From the NCBI GenBank assembly GCA_039545335.1, contig BCIN01000003.1, positions 1,313,941 to 1,377,940 on the forward strand: DNA of 64,000 nt, written 5' to 3'. The position numbers were made by a program, and so were the translations under genes. This stretch comes from Kondoa subrosea (taxonomy: Eukaryota). The first letter of the stretch is position 1; every line of letters begins with the position of its first letter. Below, in pieces: positions 13,095 to 25,319 of this stretch. Under the pieces are notes generated by a model. That model saw only the letters and a list, made by a program, of their open reading frames with translations. It did no database searches and was not told where the DNA came from.

Positions 13095-15781
13095 CTACAC
13101 ACCAAATTGAGCTGCGCCGTTAGGCCGAACTTTGCCTGACACTTCTGGCGCTTCAGACACAGACATCTTATCCCCAAAGTATACATCTTCCGCTTTGCGA
13201 TACTGATTGCCGAGCAGATCTTCAGCAGGACGCACGCCTCGTTCAATCTCATCTATCATCTTGACCATATCGTAATTGATTTCTTGGCTGACTACAGAAT
13301 CTTGCTTGTAAGCTGGATGATTATATACGAATTCTCGCAAGAAAGTTGCAGTTGTTTTGAGTGTACCTGCGAGCAGCTAATAAGACAGATTGACACGAGA
13401 ACGAAGCGACATTACCATTTGCTCGACCTTTGATTATTTTAAGATATCGGTCCAGCTCGCATTTTGTATCCAAATCCACATTCAGCGAACTGATGTACGT
13501 GTTCACCAGACCAAGCAAACCAGGGAAAGCAGATCCTTTGCCATTGATAATCTCGTCCATTGTCATCTCCTCGTACTCCTCTTCGATCGGCGTGAAAGCG
13601 AAGCTATGATTATGACCTGGAGGCGAAGATGCTCGAGAATTTGTAGCAGACGCAAAGGGTGAGCTTGTACGCGAAGGATCTCGACTATGGGTGCCATTGG
13701 CTGAAGTCGTTCGTCCTCTTTTCTGGAAAACGTTCTTGCGGAAGTAGAACTTTTGCTCCCGACATGCATTCCGCTGATGAGCACGCTTCATATTCTCGTC
13801 GACCTACACCCATCATGAGCATTACTTCACACATCTAGGCAGAGATGTACCTTTGAGATTGGCATATAGAAATTGATGTTGAAGCTGAGAATAGCACGAC
13901 TGAGTAATACCATGAAGACGGCGAAAGCGGCATTCTCATAGTCGGTGAGCTGAATCTCCATGCTCCTGAATTCGACACGCCAGCCGATAGATGTGCCTGA
14001 AGGCGGTGGCTTGAATCTCATAGTTTGCCAATTGGTTGATTGGATATTCTGTCCGGGAAAGCTAGGCAATTAGCTACGAAGACACAGCACACCAGCCAGT
14101 TCACGGACCTCAAAGTGATCACCCGATACACTGTCATCTTGATCTAGCGTCTCACTAAATATAACAAGCGGATCACGAATGAAAAGGTGAGCGATATGGT
14201 TTGCCATGATTTCATCCACATCTACAGAGAAACAGCATCGGTACACTCATATCCTTGCACAAAAGGATCCCAGCTCACCTGCATCTAGTAACATCTGTTT
14301 AAGGCCTTCATCTATCGGCAATTTGTTATCACTATATTCTGGCCGATTGATGAAGTCGGTCGAAAGGTACGAGTCCACACTATCGTATCTTGATTTGCTA
14401 ATGACTCGCTTGTTGTCATTCAGGGGCTAGCCAAACACATATTTACCTCGTCAATTTGAGCATTTACGCAATCTGATGTTCTGCGCACCTTCTTGCCCTT
14501 CTCCTCGTCTGTCCTATCATCCACACTACCAGCTATGACGTCCCAACGGCAGTCCACGTCTGCTAAATAACCTCTGAACATTGGAGCAGCAGCTGTCAAG
14601 GCGAGCATGATAGGGCCAACAGGAACGAGTGCATCGTATACTCTTCTTGCTTCTTCAAGATTGTAAGCTTGGAAAGTGATTTGTAAACAAGAACAGCCCA
14701 TGCCGAAACCCATTGCGTCCATGTAGATATGATTTGGCAAAGCAGCCCCATCTTTAGCCTCTATCAGACCTGGACTTCAGAAGCTGCACTTTGCTTTGAT
14801 CGATGTGATGATTGCCAACCTGAATCACCATCAAAAACTTGACGATCCCATGGTATTGCTGGATCGATGAATGGATTTGGTGTATTCTTGTCTCGGTAGA
14901 TAGGCATATTCATAGCTACTTTAGCGCCTCTTCTCCTTCGGATGTTAGCTGCAAGAGTACTGTTCGCATCAATGTGACTTCAGCGACCTAAAGCGCAATT
15001 GCCAAATGAGTACGAACGGGAAGCGAACGTGAGGATTGATAATCTCATCAGGCAAGAAGAGACTTTGACTGGCTGGACCTAAAGGTTCATGATGAGGATC
15101 GAGAAAGACCCCTTGTACACCAAGTCGAGGGAAAGATGTGAAAGTAATTGGAATTTCGTGATCGAGAAGTTTCCGTCGAATGAGTTTCCGCCTATGATAT
15201 CATTCAGCTGAAGATCTAGAGATGGAGCAGATTGCGCACCTCCACCGCATGTTCGCTTCAACTGCTAGCAGATCCTTGAGTGCGGCTCGATACGGAGCAC
15301 CGGGTGTTGATTCAAGCATATAGCGACCAAATTCGGGATGAAAGGTAGGTAGGACCAAGCTACTCGCGATGTAACTCAGCGGTACTGTCCACATCTCGAC
15401 ACAGCGTCGGAAGGCTAAACTGACCCTGTGGAATTGGCTGCTTGCCGTGATTCAGCTTCATCGCTAGCCAATTCGTGCAAGATTTCGGATTGCCTCAGCG
15501 ACAACCTAGCGTTCTTGTTCTCTTCATCTAGCGAGACTACCATGTATTCAATCTGTGTTCATCCAAAATAATCGTATACCGTCCGTTAGACCCGCTATCC
15601 TGGTCTTCATAGGCAGGAGAATATTAAGCACCTCATCTCCCCAGTATAAGCCATCTCCCTTCCTGTCCTTGAGTCTGTTCCACATCGCTATAAATTGCAA
15701 GATTCCATGTTTCCGCACATGATCTGCATGCCCTTTCGCATCGGCCCAGTCGTAAGGTGTACCCAGTGCGAGCAGACCCAT
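13095..15781 (-). CDS. GSH1: Glutamate-cysteine ligase catalytic subunit
   Basis: MGLLALGTP...[66 protein letters not shown]. Confidence 0.97.
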
Positions 15782-15974
15782 GCTTCGAGGATATCTGCCA
15801 AGCAGTCAAGGGGAATCTAACCAGAAGTTTCGGTGGTGTGCTGACAAAGTTCTCCGTATTGATTGTCACGTTATTTGTCCGATACAGCAATGCGGTAAAC
15901 TACAGCGCTGATTACAGGTTAGGTTTCAATCCGGTTCCTTCCTAGTCACTACAGTTGCTAAGATCTTCCCGACG

Positions 15975-18638
15975 CTACGATGATGCAGCTGGCCCCAAAG
16001 TAATTCGCTGAGCACTGGCTACCGGGACGCCCAAAGAAGTGGACGTAGAAGGAACAGGACCAGTAGATACAGTAGCTGCTGCTGCTGCTGTCGCCGCTTT
16101 AGCTGCTTCTTCCTCTTCATCAGGTGACTAATTGAAGCAATCAGAGGACACTAGATCAACAGACTCAATATCTAGCTCACTGCGTCTCTGAACATGCGGC
16201 CATTGCATCGTTTTGCACCACAATAGCAGGTTCTCTTCGAATCCTCGACTACTTTGGGCGGTGGCTTAGATTTCTTGCCTCTACCTTTCTTTATCGCAAC
16301 ACTCATTGGCATATTCTCAGCCTCGCTTTCTGAATCTTCTAGATCGATTTCGCCAATGTATGAGATAGTGAAAGGCTCGCCGGACCGAACGGTTTTGACT
16401 GTGAAGATTGCTAAAAGTGGTTTGGTTGGATCGCCTTCGTTGACGTCTGTAGATCATTGGAAGCATATATCAGTCAGTAACATGATCACAACGCAAGCTT
16501 GTGACCTACAGCCACAACGCAGGATACAATTCGGTTGCTATACCATTTTCGTCAGCCGATAGCAGCCATAGCAAGGTAGAAAGACTTACACAACTATGGT
16601 TGATGAATCTAGTGTGATTACCCATATGATAAGCATCGACCGAATGGCTGAAATTAACAATCAGCTTCAGTTATAGGATAACGCTAGATGACACCAACAA
16701 AGCCTCAAAATCATTCATTGCCTCTTCTTTCTGCTTCTCGGTAGATTCTTCTGTGATGACCGCTTGACCGTTCTGAAGTGCTTCTGTGCTTGCATGCGAA
16801 GCTCTGCTGGGATCTTCACCTTGAGTAACAGTAACCGAGCCACTTGGACCTTGAAGCAAAGAAGAAGGCGCAGCAGGAGGAAGTTCAGAGCCAGAGTGAT
16901 TACCGTACATATATGCTATACCCTCCTGATCGAAGGTTTTCAAATGCTGATTATTGCCAATGGACCGGAAATCGAGATCAAAGAGATAGGATAGATTGAT
17001 AGAGTTGTAAAGTCTAGACACCCAATCAGCATCTCACCTCATAAAAGTGCGTACAATAAGACTTACTGATCACGATGACGAGCTTCGGTCGAACTGAACA
17101 ATTCACCAGTGTATACACCCACCAAAGTACCAGCTTTGATTTTGCCTTGTTTATTCGGATCAGAACGTTGCAAAGGACCCAACCTAGCTCCCCAGCCACA
17201 ATTTGGTGTTCTGTATAGCTCAACAGGTATATTTCTGCCGTTGCCAATTACTCGGTTGATGCATTCAGGTGGACAACCACACATATCGTTGCATTCCCAG
17301 ATGGCCATAGGTTCATCATGCGCGAACTGAAGTAATCCTCTTTCGTTGTAAGCGAAACCAGGTTTATGGTCGTTTCTTTCGTTTTCTTCCGACTGACGTT
17401 TATAGCAAGCGCAACCTAAATCACCAGGTCGACAGCCACCAACACAAGTACAGCCTAGGGATTGTAAAGTATTGACACCTTTTTTGTATACCACTCGCGA
17501 AGTGTAGACGAAGTTGAACTCGGGCGCAGCTTCTTCAGGATGCGGGATGACTACGACAGGCGGAGCCAATGGTTCTTCGGTGGAATTGGTATCAGCCATC
17601 ATGGCATTGAAGATGGTGGCTCGCATACGATCTTTGCGATCACAATAAGAAGCATTCATGTGTTTCTGCAAATGGGTATCGAATTCTCCTTCTCGAGCTG
17701 GTCCGGTTTGACTCCATCTACTATTCTGTCGATGACCCGCCTTGTAGTTAGCACGCAGCGTGCAAAACAGGATGGGCACTGACATCGACTTTATTGGTTC
17801 GCTTCTTGTTCACTCGAGTGACCACTTTCTCTTTACTAACAACCTCAATCACTTCTTTGTCCAGAATTTGTCCCGTTCCAGCGTCCACGTCTAACCTCTC
17901 GCCGGCACTTTCGACCTCTTTGCCTTCGCTTGGTGCAGATTGGTGTTCAGTAGAACTCTTTCGGCTATTATCCTGAGAATCTTTGTTGCTTTTTCCACTC
18001 TTCCTTCTTATCTGATCCGCCAAGGATAATTCAGGGATGAAAGGCTTTCGATCCCTGTAGTTCCGTCCGACGAATACAACAGGTGGTTCTACTACTTTCA
18101 TGACAGCATGTGGTGGAATCGGTGAAGGTCTAGCTGATCTAACATGCAAGACTCCAGTTGCTTCTACTTGCGGTGAAATGGTCTTCTTCTTCTTGTTCTG
18201 ACTTGTCGTAGCTAGAGGTTTAGGTCTGCTACTCTTCTTTGCTGAACTTGGTTGTGCAGGCGAAGGTTTAGGTACGGAGATAGGTTCAGGAGGGAGAATA
18301 GGAAGAGCAGAAGTAGAAGCTACAGGTTCAACAGGACTAGGTTGCTTTTGTTGTTGATTACGACTCTCTTGCCTAGCCTTTTTCTTGACGGGCGGTAAAG
18401 CAGCCAAAGCTTCAGCTAAGGGATCAGGTGAAGCAGAAGCAGAGCTCTTGCTTGCGCTGCTACGAGTCGGAGCAGCTTTCCGTTTGCCCAAAGTGCTATT
18501 GTTGCTTGCTTGCGGTTTCGACACGATAGGAACGTCCTCATCCTCGTCCGAAGTGCATAGATTGATGTGAGCTATCGTCGAGACGCACAATCAGCCATCT
18601 AGCACGCGTCGAGAGGCGAATCGAAACTCACTCGTCAT
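15975..18638 (-). CDS. CLR4: Histone H3K9 methyltransferase, Clr4/DIM-5/SUV39 family (pre-SET, SET, post-SET)
   Basis: Pre-SET GCTCVGGC...CAC...IWECNDMCGCPPECINRV; SET YRTPNCGWG, YTGE, GNHTRFINHSC; post-SET CYCGAKRCNGRMF; long disordered N-terminus. Confidence 0.88.
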
Positions 18639-19256
18639 GGTTTACAGAAAAGGTGAAGGATGCCCAAGAACTGTCAATGTCGAGGTTTATTCGGGCTGGC
18701 CTGTGGTCAGGAGGGAGTGTGTCTTCCTTCTCTGCCTTGAGAGCATGCCCTGATCAGACTGCTAGTAATGGCTTTCGGTTGGGCCATCATGACTTATACA
18801 ACGCCAGATGAAAAGCAAATGTACGACGTAAGGGACCTCTCTATTGATGCGCCAATTGTCTGCCAATACAAGCTCTACAGAGATTGTCGCCAGATCTGAA
18901 GAAAAAGGTTGACGCTGCAAGAGCCGATCGGACAGGGATAACTTCGAGACAGAGCGAAGCAATACAGAAACTGAAGGTCATTCCTCTTGCTTTTCGTCGC
19001 AACTATACGAGCTCACGCAAGATGGGTAGGCTTCTGCTTTAGAAGAGAAACCGATATGGCAGCAGCAATCTGAAAAGAAAGTGTAGCCTCTATACTCCTT
19101 GTATATGTAACATTATTACTATTCTCTCTCATTCGTGCGAAAATTATTACAATGTCATGTTTAGGAAATGGAGAAGATGTGCCGAATTGCAGAACGATGT
19201 ACTTTGCGCAGAGAACAACTCTTGCAGATCTCATCCCTAAGTTCACGCGATAGCGT

Positions 19257-20916
19257 TCATCCAGGCAAGAGAGTCGATCGATCGCTTGAGAGAATTAGAG
19301 CCGGCGCATTGACAGGAGGTAGTTCCAAGCCCACAGCAGGAGCAGTCCAACTTCTAGCTAAATGAGGTTGCTGAAGGTGCGGAAGTTGCAAGCGAGGAGG
19401 TGGGTCAGTATAAGGATGATGAATTAGCTGAGGTTGTTGAATTTGAGGTAGCTGCATTGGGTGTGGTGTGCCCATTTGTAGAGAAGGAAGAGACGATGAT
19501 GATGTTGGGTAGTGCTGGTTGAAAGTTTGGTCTTCTTCGCCGCTATACGCTGGACTGTCGACTCTCGGTCGTTTAGTGCTTTCAGAACTTGCTCGACGAT
19601 GGTCGTTGCCAGGTCGAGGAGAGCGATTTGTGCGTTTGCGGGTGTTGCCAGCTGGACCCGAAGTATCCGCAGGTGATCCATTAATGCTTGATGGACCAGC
19701 TACGGGCTGCACGGCAGGAGCAGAAGCAGTCGCAGCTTTTGACTTCTTGCTCTCTTTGGGATGACGCGTGCGGAACTCCTTTACGTAATCTTGATGTCTA
19801 AACGCAACATTGTTAGCAAAAAAGTTATTGCCCATAAGAAAATCATGACATACTTCACATAATCATCGGTTCGCTTGTACTCGTTCATCTTAATCAACCA
19901 CTCTTCCTTAGCAGCGGCGGCACTAGATTCGTATTGCTGAATTTAAAGAAGCAGAGACATTTCGATCAGTCTGCGCAAAGTGGACCCGAATAACAACTCA
20001 CCGCTTTCGTCTGATCATCCAAATTTTTCCATCTCTCTCCTACAATCCTCGCAATCTCGGTAAAAGACTTGTCCTTCACATCTTCCCTCACATCATTCGA
20101 GAAACTGACATAAGCCGACGGCGGTTTTTCTGGCGCATTCGGACTATTTTCAGAGCGTCAGTCTAATGATATGTAGTAGAGAATTAAGAGAGCTGACTCA
20201 GGCTTGGGATGTCGACGATACTTTCTCTTGGTTTGGGCTGCTGTTGGTGTTGCAGTCGGGGAAGGTTGAATATCGTGAATCTCAGGCCCGACGGATTGCT
20301 GCAAGGTATGACTTGGATCGGAGACTACTTGCATCACGTTCAAATCGGACGAGACTACCAAAGAACTATTACTCACTTGATGAACGATCATCTTCGCCTT
20401 GACCCATTATAGCGGAACCAGGTAGGGAGGCAGCTCGATCCAAGCCACGAAGAGAAGCAATCTCCCTTTGTATCGTCTAGATGAATAGAATAGTACTTTA
20501 TTTTGTGGGCTGACCAATCAAAAGATGAGATGACATACCCTTCGATGTCCACGTTTGACATTCATAGCCGTGAAATCATCTTCCGTCATATCGGCCAATG
20601 TATCCACTGCATCAAAGCCTTCTTCCAGAAAGACCGAATGGTATTCGAGCAAGGACAGCGAGCGCAGGAATTCCAGCAGAGAGGGGAATAGAACATTGGT
20701 CGCGGAACTGCTGGCGGATGAGATGATAGGAGGCAGGAAAGTCTGAACAGCTTGCTGCTGTGATCGATCTAGCGGGCCATAAGATGACGGACCAGCTGTG
20801 TGAAGGATCGAAGCGAAAGACGGCAGGGATGTTGGGAAACTACTTTGCTCCTGCATGGACAGCGGCGGATATCTGGCAAGCGATGCTCCGCTCATCGAGG
20901 GTATCGTGTGAGCCAT
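19257..20916 (-). CDS. SAM domain + HMG-box DNA-binding protein
   Basis: SAM-like LLEFLRSLSLLEYHSVFLEEGFDAVDTLADMTEDDFTAMNVKRGHRR; spliced HMG box KRKYRRHPKP...PNAPEKPPSAYVSFSNDVRE...SFTEIARIVGERWKNL. Confidence 0.85.
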
Positions 20917-21948
20917 CGCTCGCTGTTTGAAGTGGAGCGGTCACGAAGAAGGTAAAATGTCCCAATTTCGAGAATACGATATTTTAGTCGGGGCCTTCTC
21001 TGTTTTGCCTATGACCTTGCTAGCGACGCCCATTCATTGCCCATTCCTACCTGGCGTTGATCTGATTGGTCGGGGTCTCTTATATTGGATTCTTTCCCTC
21101 TCTCTTTTGCTCCAGTCTTCACAACTTTTCGTACCCATCAATTCCTGTTCTCATATATCTGCTTTCTATAAAGACTGCCCTTCATCTATTTTTGTCTCTC
21201 TGTTGGGTTTGGTTCCGTGTCCGAAGCAGCGCGAGCCAGCGCGAGGTGCTTTGATGTCTTTGTATGTGTATCGACATGTGTCGATGGGCGCCATGAAACT
21301 TTCTGCATCCCGATAGCTTATCAACCCGCGGTTGGTCAGGATCCTTAAATCCAAAAGGCCATTGGACTCGGCAACAGCTTTCGGGAATTGTAGCTTAGCA
21401 ATCAGTTGTTACACCCGATCCATGAAGAATTCTTAGAGGTCGACTGCATTCGTACTTTCCCGATCGAGCTACGGGTTGCAACTGCTGGTCATAATCCACA
21501 GCTCAGATCTGTACTGGGCTTGGGAATAAGTGTATGATCTTCGAGTGCTCTTCTATTCTCACTATCTCAAGTCTCGTAGTGGTATTTTCTCGGCTTTATC
21601 CGGCTGTGTGAAAGTATTGAAGTATCTAATTCCGGTGTCCGAAAGAGCAAACGTGACGGCTTCTCACCAGAATGTTGCTCTATACGCGAAATTGGCAAAG
21701 CTTGAAGTTCCTTGAACTCAGTCTGCAATGCCATTGTTACAGCGTCTACCTACCGTAGACGCTGGAATTCGTCATGCCCTGCTATTCGCTCTACATTGAG
21801 TAGCAAGCCAATAAGCCAGTAGTGGTAAATTCCGCTATTTGCTTCCGCCTAGAAACCCCAATGCAATGCAAATGCACAAATAATGATAACGTCGTACAAC
21901 AACAACTAGACTATATGCAAACCTCCCTTCCTCAAAACATTACCATCT

Positions 21949-22691
21949 TCAAGCAGAATTTAATCCCTTTTTTCCAATAAGCACCGCTTTCTCCTCCCTA
22001 ACCTTTATGCTAACGACTCTCAACATCTCGCTTAACCTTACAGTCTCTTCTTGAAACTCTTTCTCCGCTTTAGCTAACCTCGTATCAAAATCTTCTTTGG
22101 CAGGCGAAGAAGGCAGAGGTGGTGTTAGAGGAGAAGAACGAGCTCCAGAAAAAAAAGCTGCTCGAGTGAGTTTCGTAGAGATGGACAGGTTGTTGTTTCT
22201 CTTGTACTTGATTGGTCTCGGAGTAGCTTTTGATTCTGTAAATATTAACCTTCTTCAACAAACTGTAAAAGAAAGCTGAAAGTTGTGAATGGCCCACCTT
22301 GTTCCTCCTTCGCAACTGGCTTGAACGGAAAGTAATCACCTATCTCTTTATCACTGCTAGGTGTACTTGGTGTTTCTATTGTTGGAACAGAAGGGGAAAA
22401 AATAGCAGAAACGAAACTTGCTTCTGAATCGCTAGAGGATGATTGAGGCGAAGAAGCTTGTTCAAAAGTTATAGTAGGAGGTGGAATAGAAAGAGGAGCC
22501 AATTGTTGAGTTCTGCGTTCCAGTAAACTTGGTAAATGCGTTGTCGGATTGAGTGGAACAGTAACATTGCCTGGAAGCTTGCGCAATTGCGGAACCGATT
22601 TCACAGCTCGTATTCGATCTGCCATAACTACCACCACTGGTTCTTCATCTTCCCAGATAGGTGCAGGCTTGCGTTTTGTGGGTGCTCGCAT
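21949..22691 (-). CDS. Hypothetical Ser/Pro-rich protein with C-terminal coiled-coil-like helix
   Basis: MRAPTKRKPAPIWEDEE...; one GT-AG intron (about 22236-22297) restores frame to ...EDFDTRLAKAEKEFQEETVRLSEML...GLNSA*. Confidence 0.55.
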
Positions 22692-23320
22692 GTTTTGAAG
22701 GGTGTAAGGCTTGGGGTATATTCTAAAATGCAAATGGATGTGACAAAGCAGTAATCAGATGACAGCAATAGAGCGAGTCGAATGCATGTGGAGAAAGAAA
22801 ACGGATGCCTGTTTGAAACAAATAGTGCAAGCGGGACTCGATCGAGGTTCAACGGAAAGGCCAACAAAAACGGTCGGCAGGCGATCACCTAATGCATGCG
22901 CCGAGCGGTCACCGTGGGCCAATAGATGATGAACAACAAGACGCGCAGAGAAATACAATAATAGGATCAACGTGCAGTCAGCAATTTGAGGACTACACAA
23001 CATTATTCAGCAACTCTGGCAAGCGGAACAGAAGAACAGAAGACAACATGAAAGAGTGCTAAAGAGCAAGTTTGGATCGCTAGCCAGCTAGATGTCCCGC
23101 GGAGAAAAGACAAGAGAATTCTTTGAGATTGGGTTCAACTCAAATCAAGTTTTGGCGAGATTGCGTTTGTCGCCACATAGTTGAAGCAGTCCTGTAGGCA
23201 CAGACTGCTGTGCATTATAGATAGTATTCCGAAGAACAATTGTCTTCATGCCAGGGTGAATGAACTACAAGACACAATAGTGACACATGTCCAACCATCA
23301 CGCGTTCTCCCTCCCTTCTC

Positions 23321-24836
23321 TTAAGCCAGCTCTGATCGAGAACTTCTCTGGTGTGGTGTATCGTTGACAAAAGAGTTGCCTGAGGCAGGAGTTGCACGAT
23401 CTGATCGATCTTGATAGATGGGTTGCATCTCATGCTTGTCTTGAAACTTTTGGTAACTTCGTTTGCGACAACAAGAACAGCAGCAGCACAAATGCTGGCT
23501 AATCCAAGATCGTGGCATTATCGCGTCTTCCCCGCGAATGAAGCGACCAGGATGGACAATATTCCAGACAAGAATAGCTATCCACATTGGAATTGATTCC
23601 AAGATGTAAAGAACCCGCTCGTTACTTGGTAGAGGATTACTTGCGCCCAGACCAGCAGAAAACTCGACCAAACGGTAGACGATCCGGATGGTGATGGCCA
23701 ATAAGCATGTATATAGAGCCCAAATGAGCCATCGCCAACCAATCATCTTGTCCCTATTCAACCGACCAAGCTTTTCCGCCTTGATCTGATCTCTATGAAA
23801 CTTGATTACCAAGCCAGAGAAAAGGACGACAAAGCCTTCTTGCATGCCGATCCCGCCCATATAGATGCTCAAGCCCTTTTTCTGAGAAGCTTCACTTGCT
23901 CCTGGTCCTGCCATACCACCTCCAACCAGTTGAACGACGAAGGAAACGATATCGAAGGTGACAAAGATGAAAGCGAGGATTGAAGGAGAGAAGTGCCAGA
24001 CTTTCCGATTCGGTGAGTAGAAGTGAACTATGCGAGCGAAAACCATGTAGGCGTAAGCATTGACCCCTGAAATCACAATCATGTGTGAGCAAAAGCAAAA
24101 CAGAAGCGATGTTTGGTTTCCACTCTACTCACAGATGGGAGCGACCAAGACCAGAATTTGAGCAACTATTGCCATACCGGAAGACTGCTGGTCTTTCGAT
24201 CCCAGAGCACGAAAAACGTAAGCACCTGTTTCCCAAATTCCAGCCATAATGATGACCCAGCAAAAACCGTTTCGGTATGCAATAGCTTGAGCTAGATGTG
24301 TGATTGTAAGAATGCCGAAAAGAATGGAGAAAGCGATTGCTGCAACGAAACTAGGAGAGTACAGCCATAAGGCGTTGCAGGCTTCTGGTGAAACGTGGCC
24401 GTTTGCGCCAGGAGTTGCATACGAAGAGAAGCCTGGAGTACAGGTTTCAACTGGAAGATCGAGTGAGAGGGAGAAAGTTGGAATAGAAGGCTTTGCGATG
24501 GATATTGTGGGGAGATTCAGCGGAGGAAGGCTTGGTTGGAAGTCCCCTTGACGGCGAGAAAGCTGATTCCTCGAATTATTCTTCTTAACATTGATACCAG
24601 CTGATGTAGCTTTGATTGTTGCAAGCTGCTCTGGCAATCAATCAATGCCAATTTGCCAGGCTTGCGCGACTCACTGGACAATTTGCCGATATATTGACCG
24701 TAGGCTTTGCAAAAGCGATACCTTTGGTTTCGATAGGCCGTAGGAGTCGTGTAGGAGTAGGACCTGAAGAAGCTTGCGAAGTTGCGGTAAAAATGGACAG
24801 TAGCGAGAGGGGTAGAATGACAAGCGAGGGTTTCAT
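23321..24836 (-). CDS. RTA1-like lipid-translocating exporter (7TM) with signal-peptide-bearing N-terminal extension
   Basis: LWLYSPSFVAAIAFSILF, WETGAYVFR, FVTFDIVSFVVQLVGG, IRIVYRLVEFSAG, LESIPMWIAILVWNIVHPG; 5' splicing uncertain. Confidence 0.88.
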
Positions 24837-25319
24837 TGATCAAAGTAAGCAGGCGAGGAGGATGGCAGTATGTGCTCAAGACCGTTGTTATATCAATCCA
24901 ATACAAAGAGAGATCATTGGGCTGCTGACTAATACATAGCCTACAACACCGAAACGCCGAAGAAGAGGCCATCTGGGAGAAAGAACTCTCTTACCTTTGG
25001 CAGGCAGCGTGGAGACATAGATGCAGAGCAGAGAGGTATAAGCAAGGCAGAAGGCGTCCAACAGCAAAGCCCAATGTAGACTTGCTGCACCTGTGCGCAT
25101 ACCTGAATTGAATCACATCGAAAGGCCACGTTGAGATCCTAGAGCGTCTGGTAGTAGTGGCTATTGCAAGACAGGGACATTTGGTATTGAGTAGTTGGCT
25201 GATGAGACGGCACTGCATGATGAGGTTCTAGTGCGAGTCCAAATGTTACAATTATTTGATCACGTGCAGGATTTTCACTTTCTCATTTTTCTTGATTGCT
25301 CCTTTGCTGAGCTTCAATT

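Noticed and set aside
21460..21510. GGTCATAAT segment reminiscent of a tRNA-Met anticodon arm
   Set aside because: No acceptor stem, D arm or T-loop consensus
21740..21764. Perfect 10-bp hairpin CAGCGTCTAC-CTACC-GTAGACGCTG
   Set aside because: Roughly one such stem is expected by chance in 64 kb; no flanking RNA-gene or MITE features
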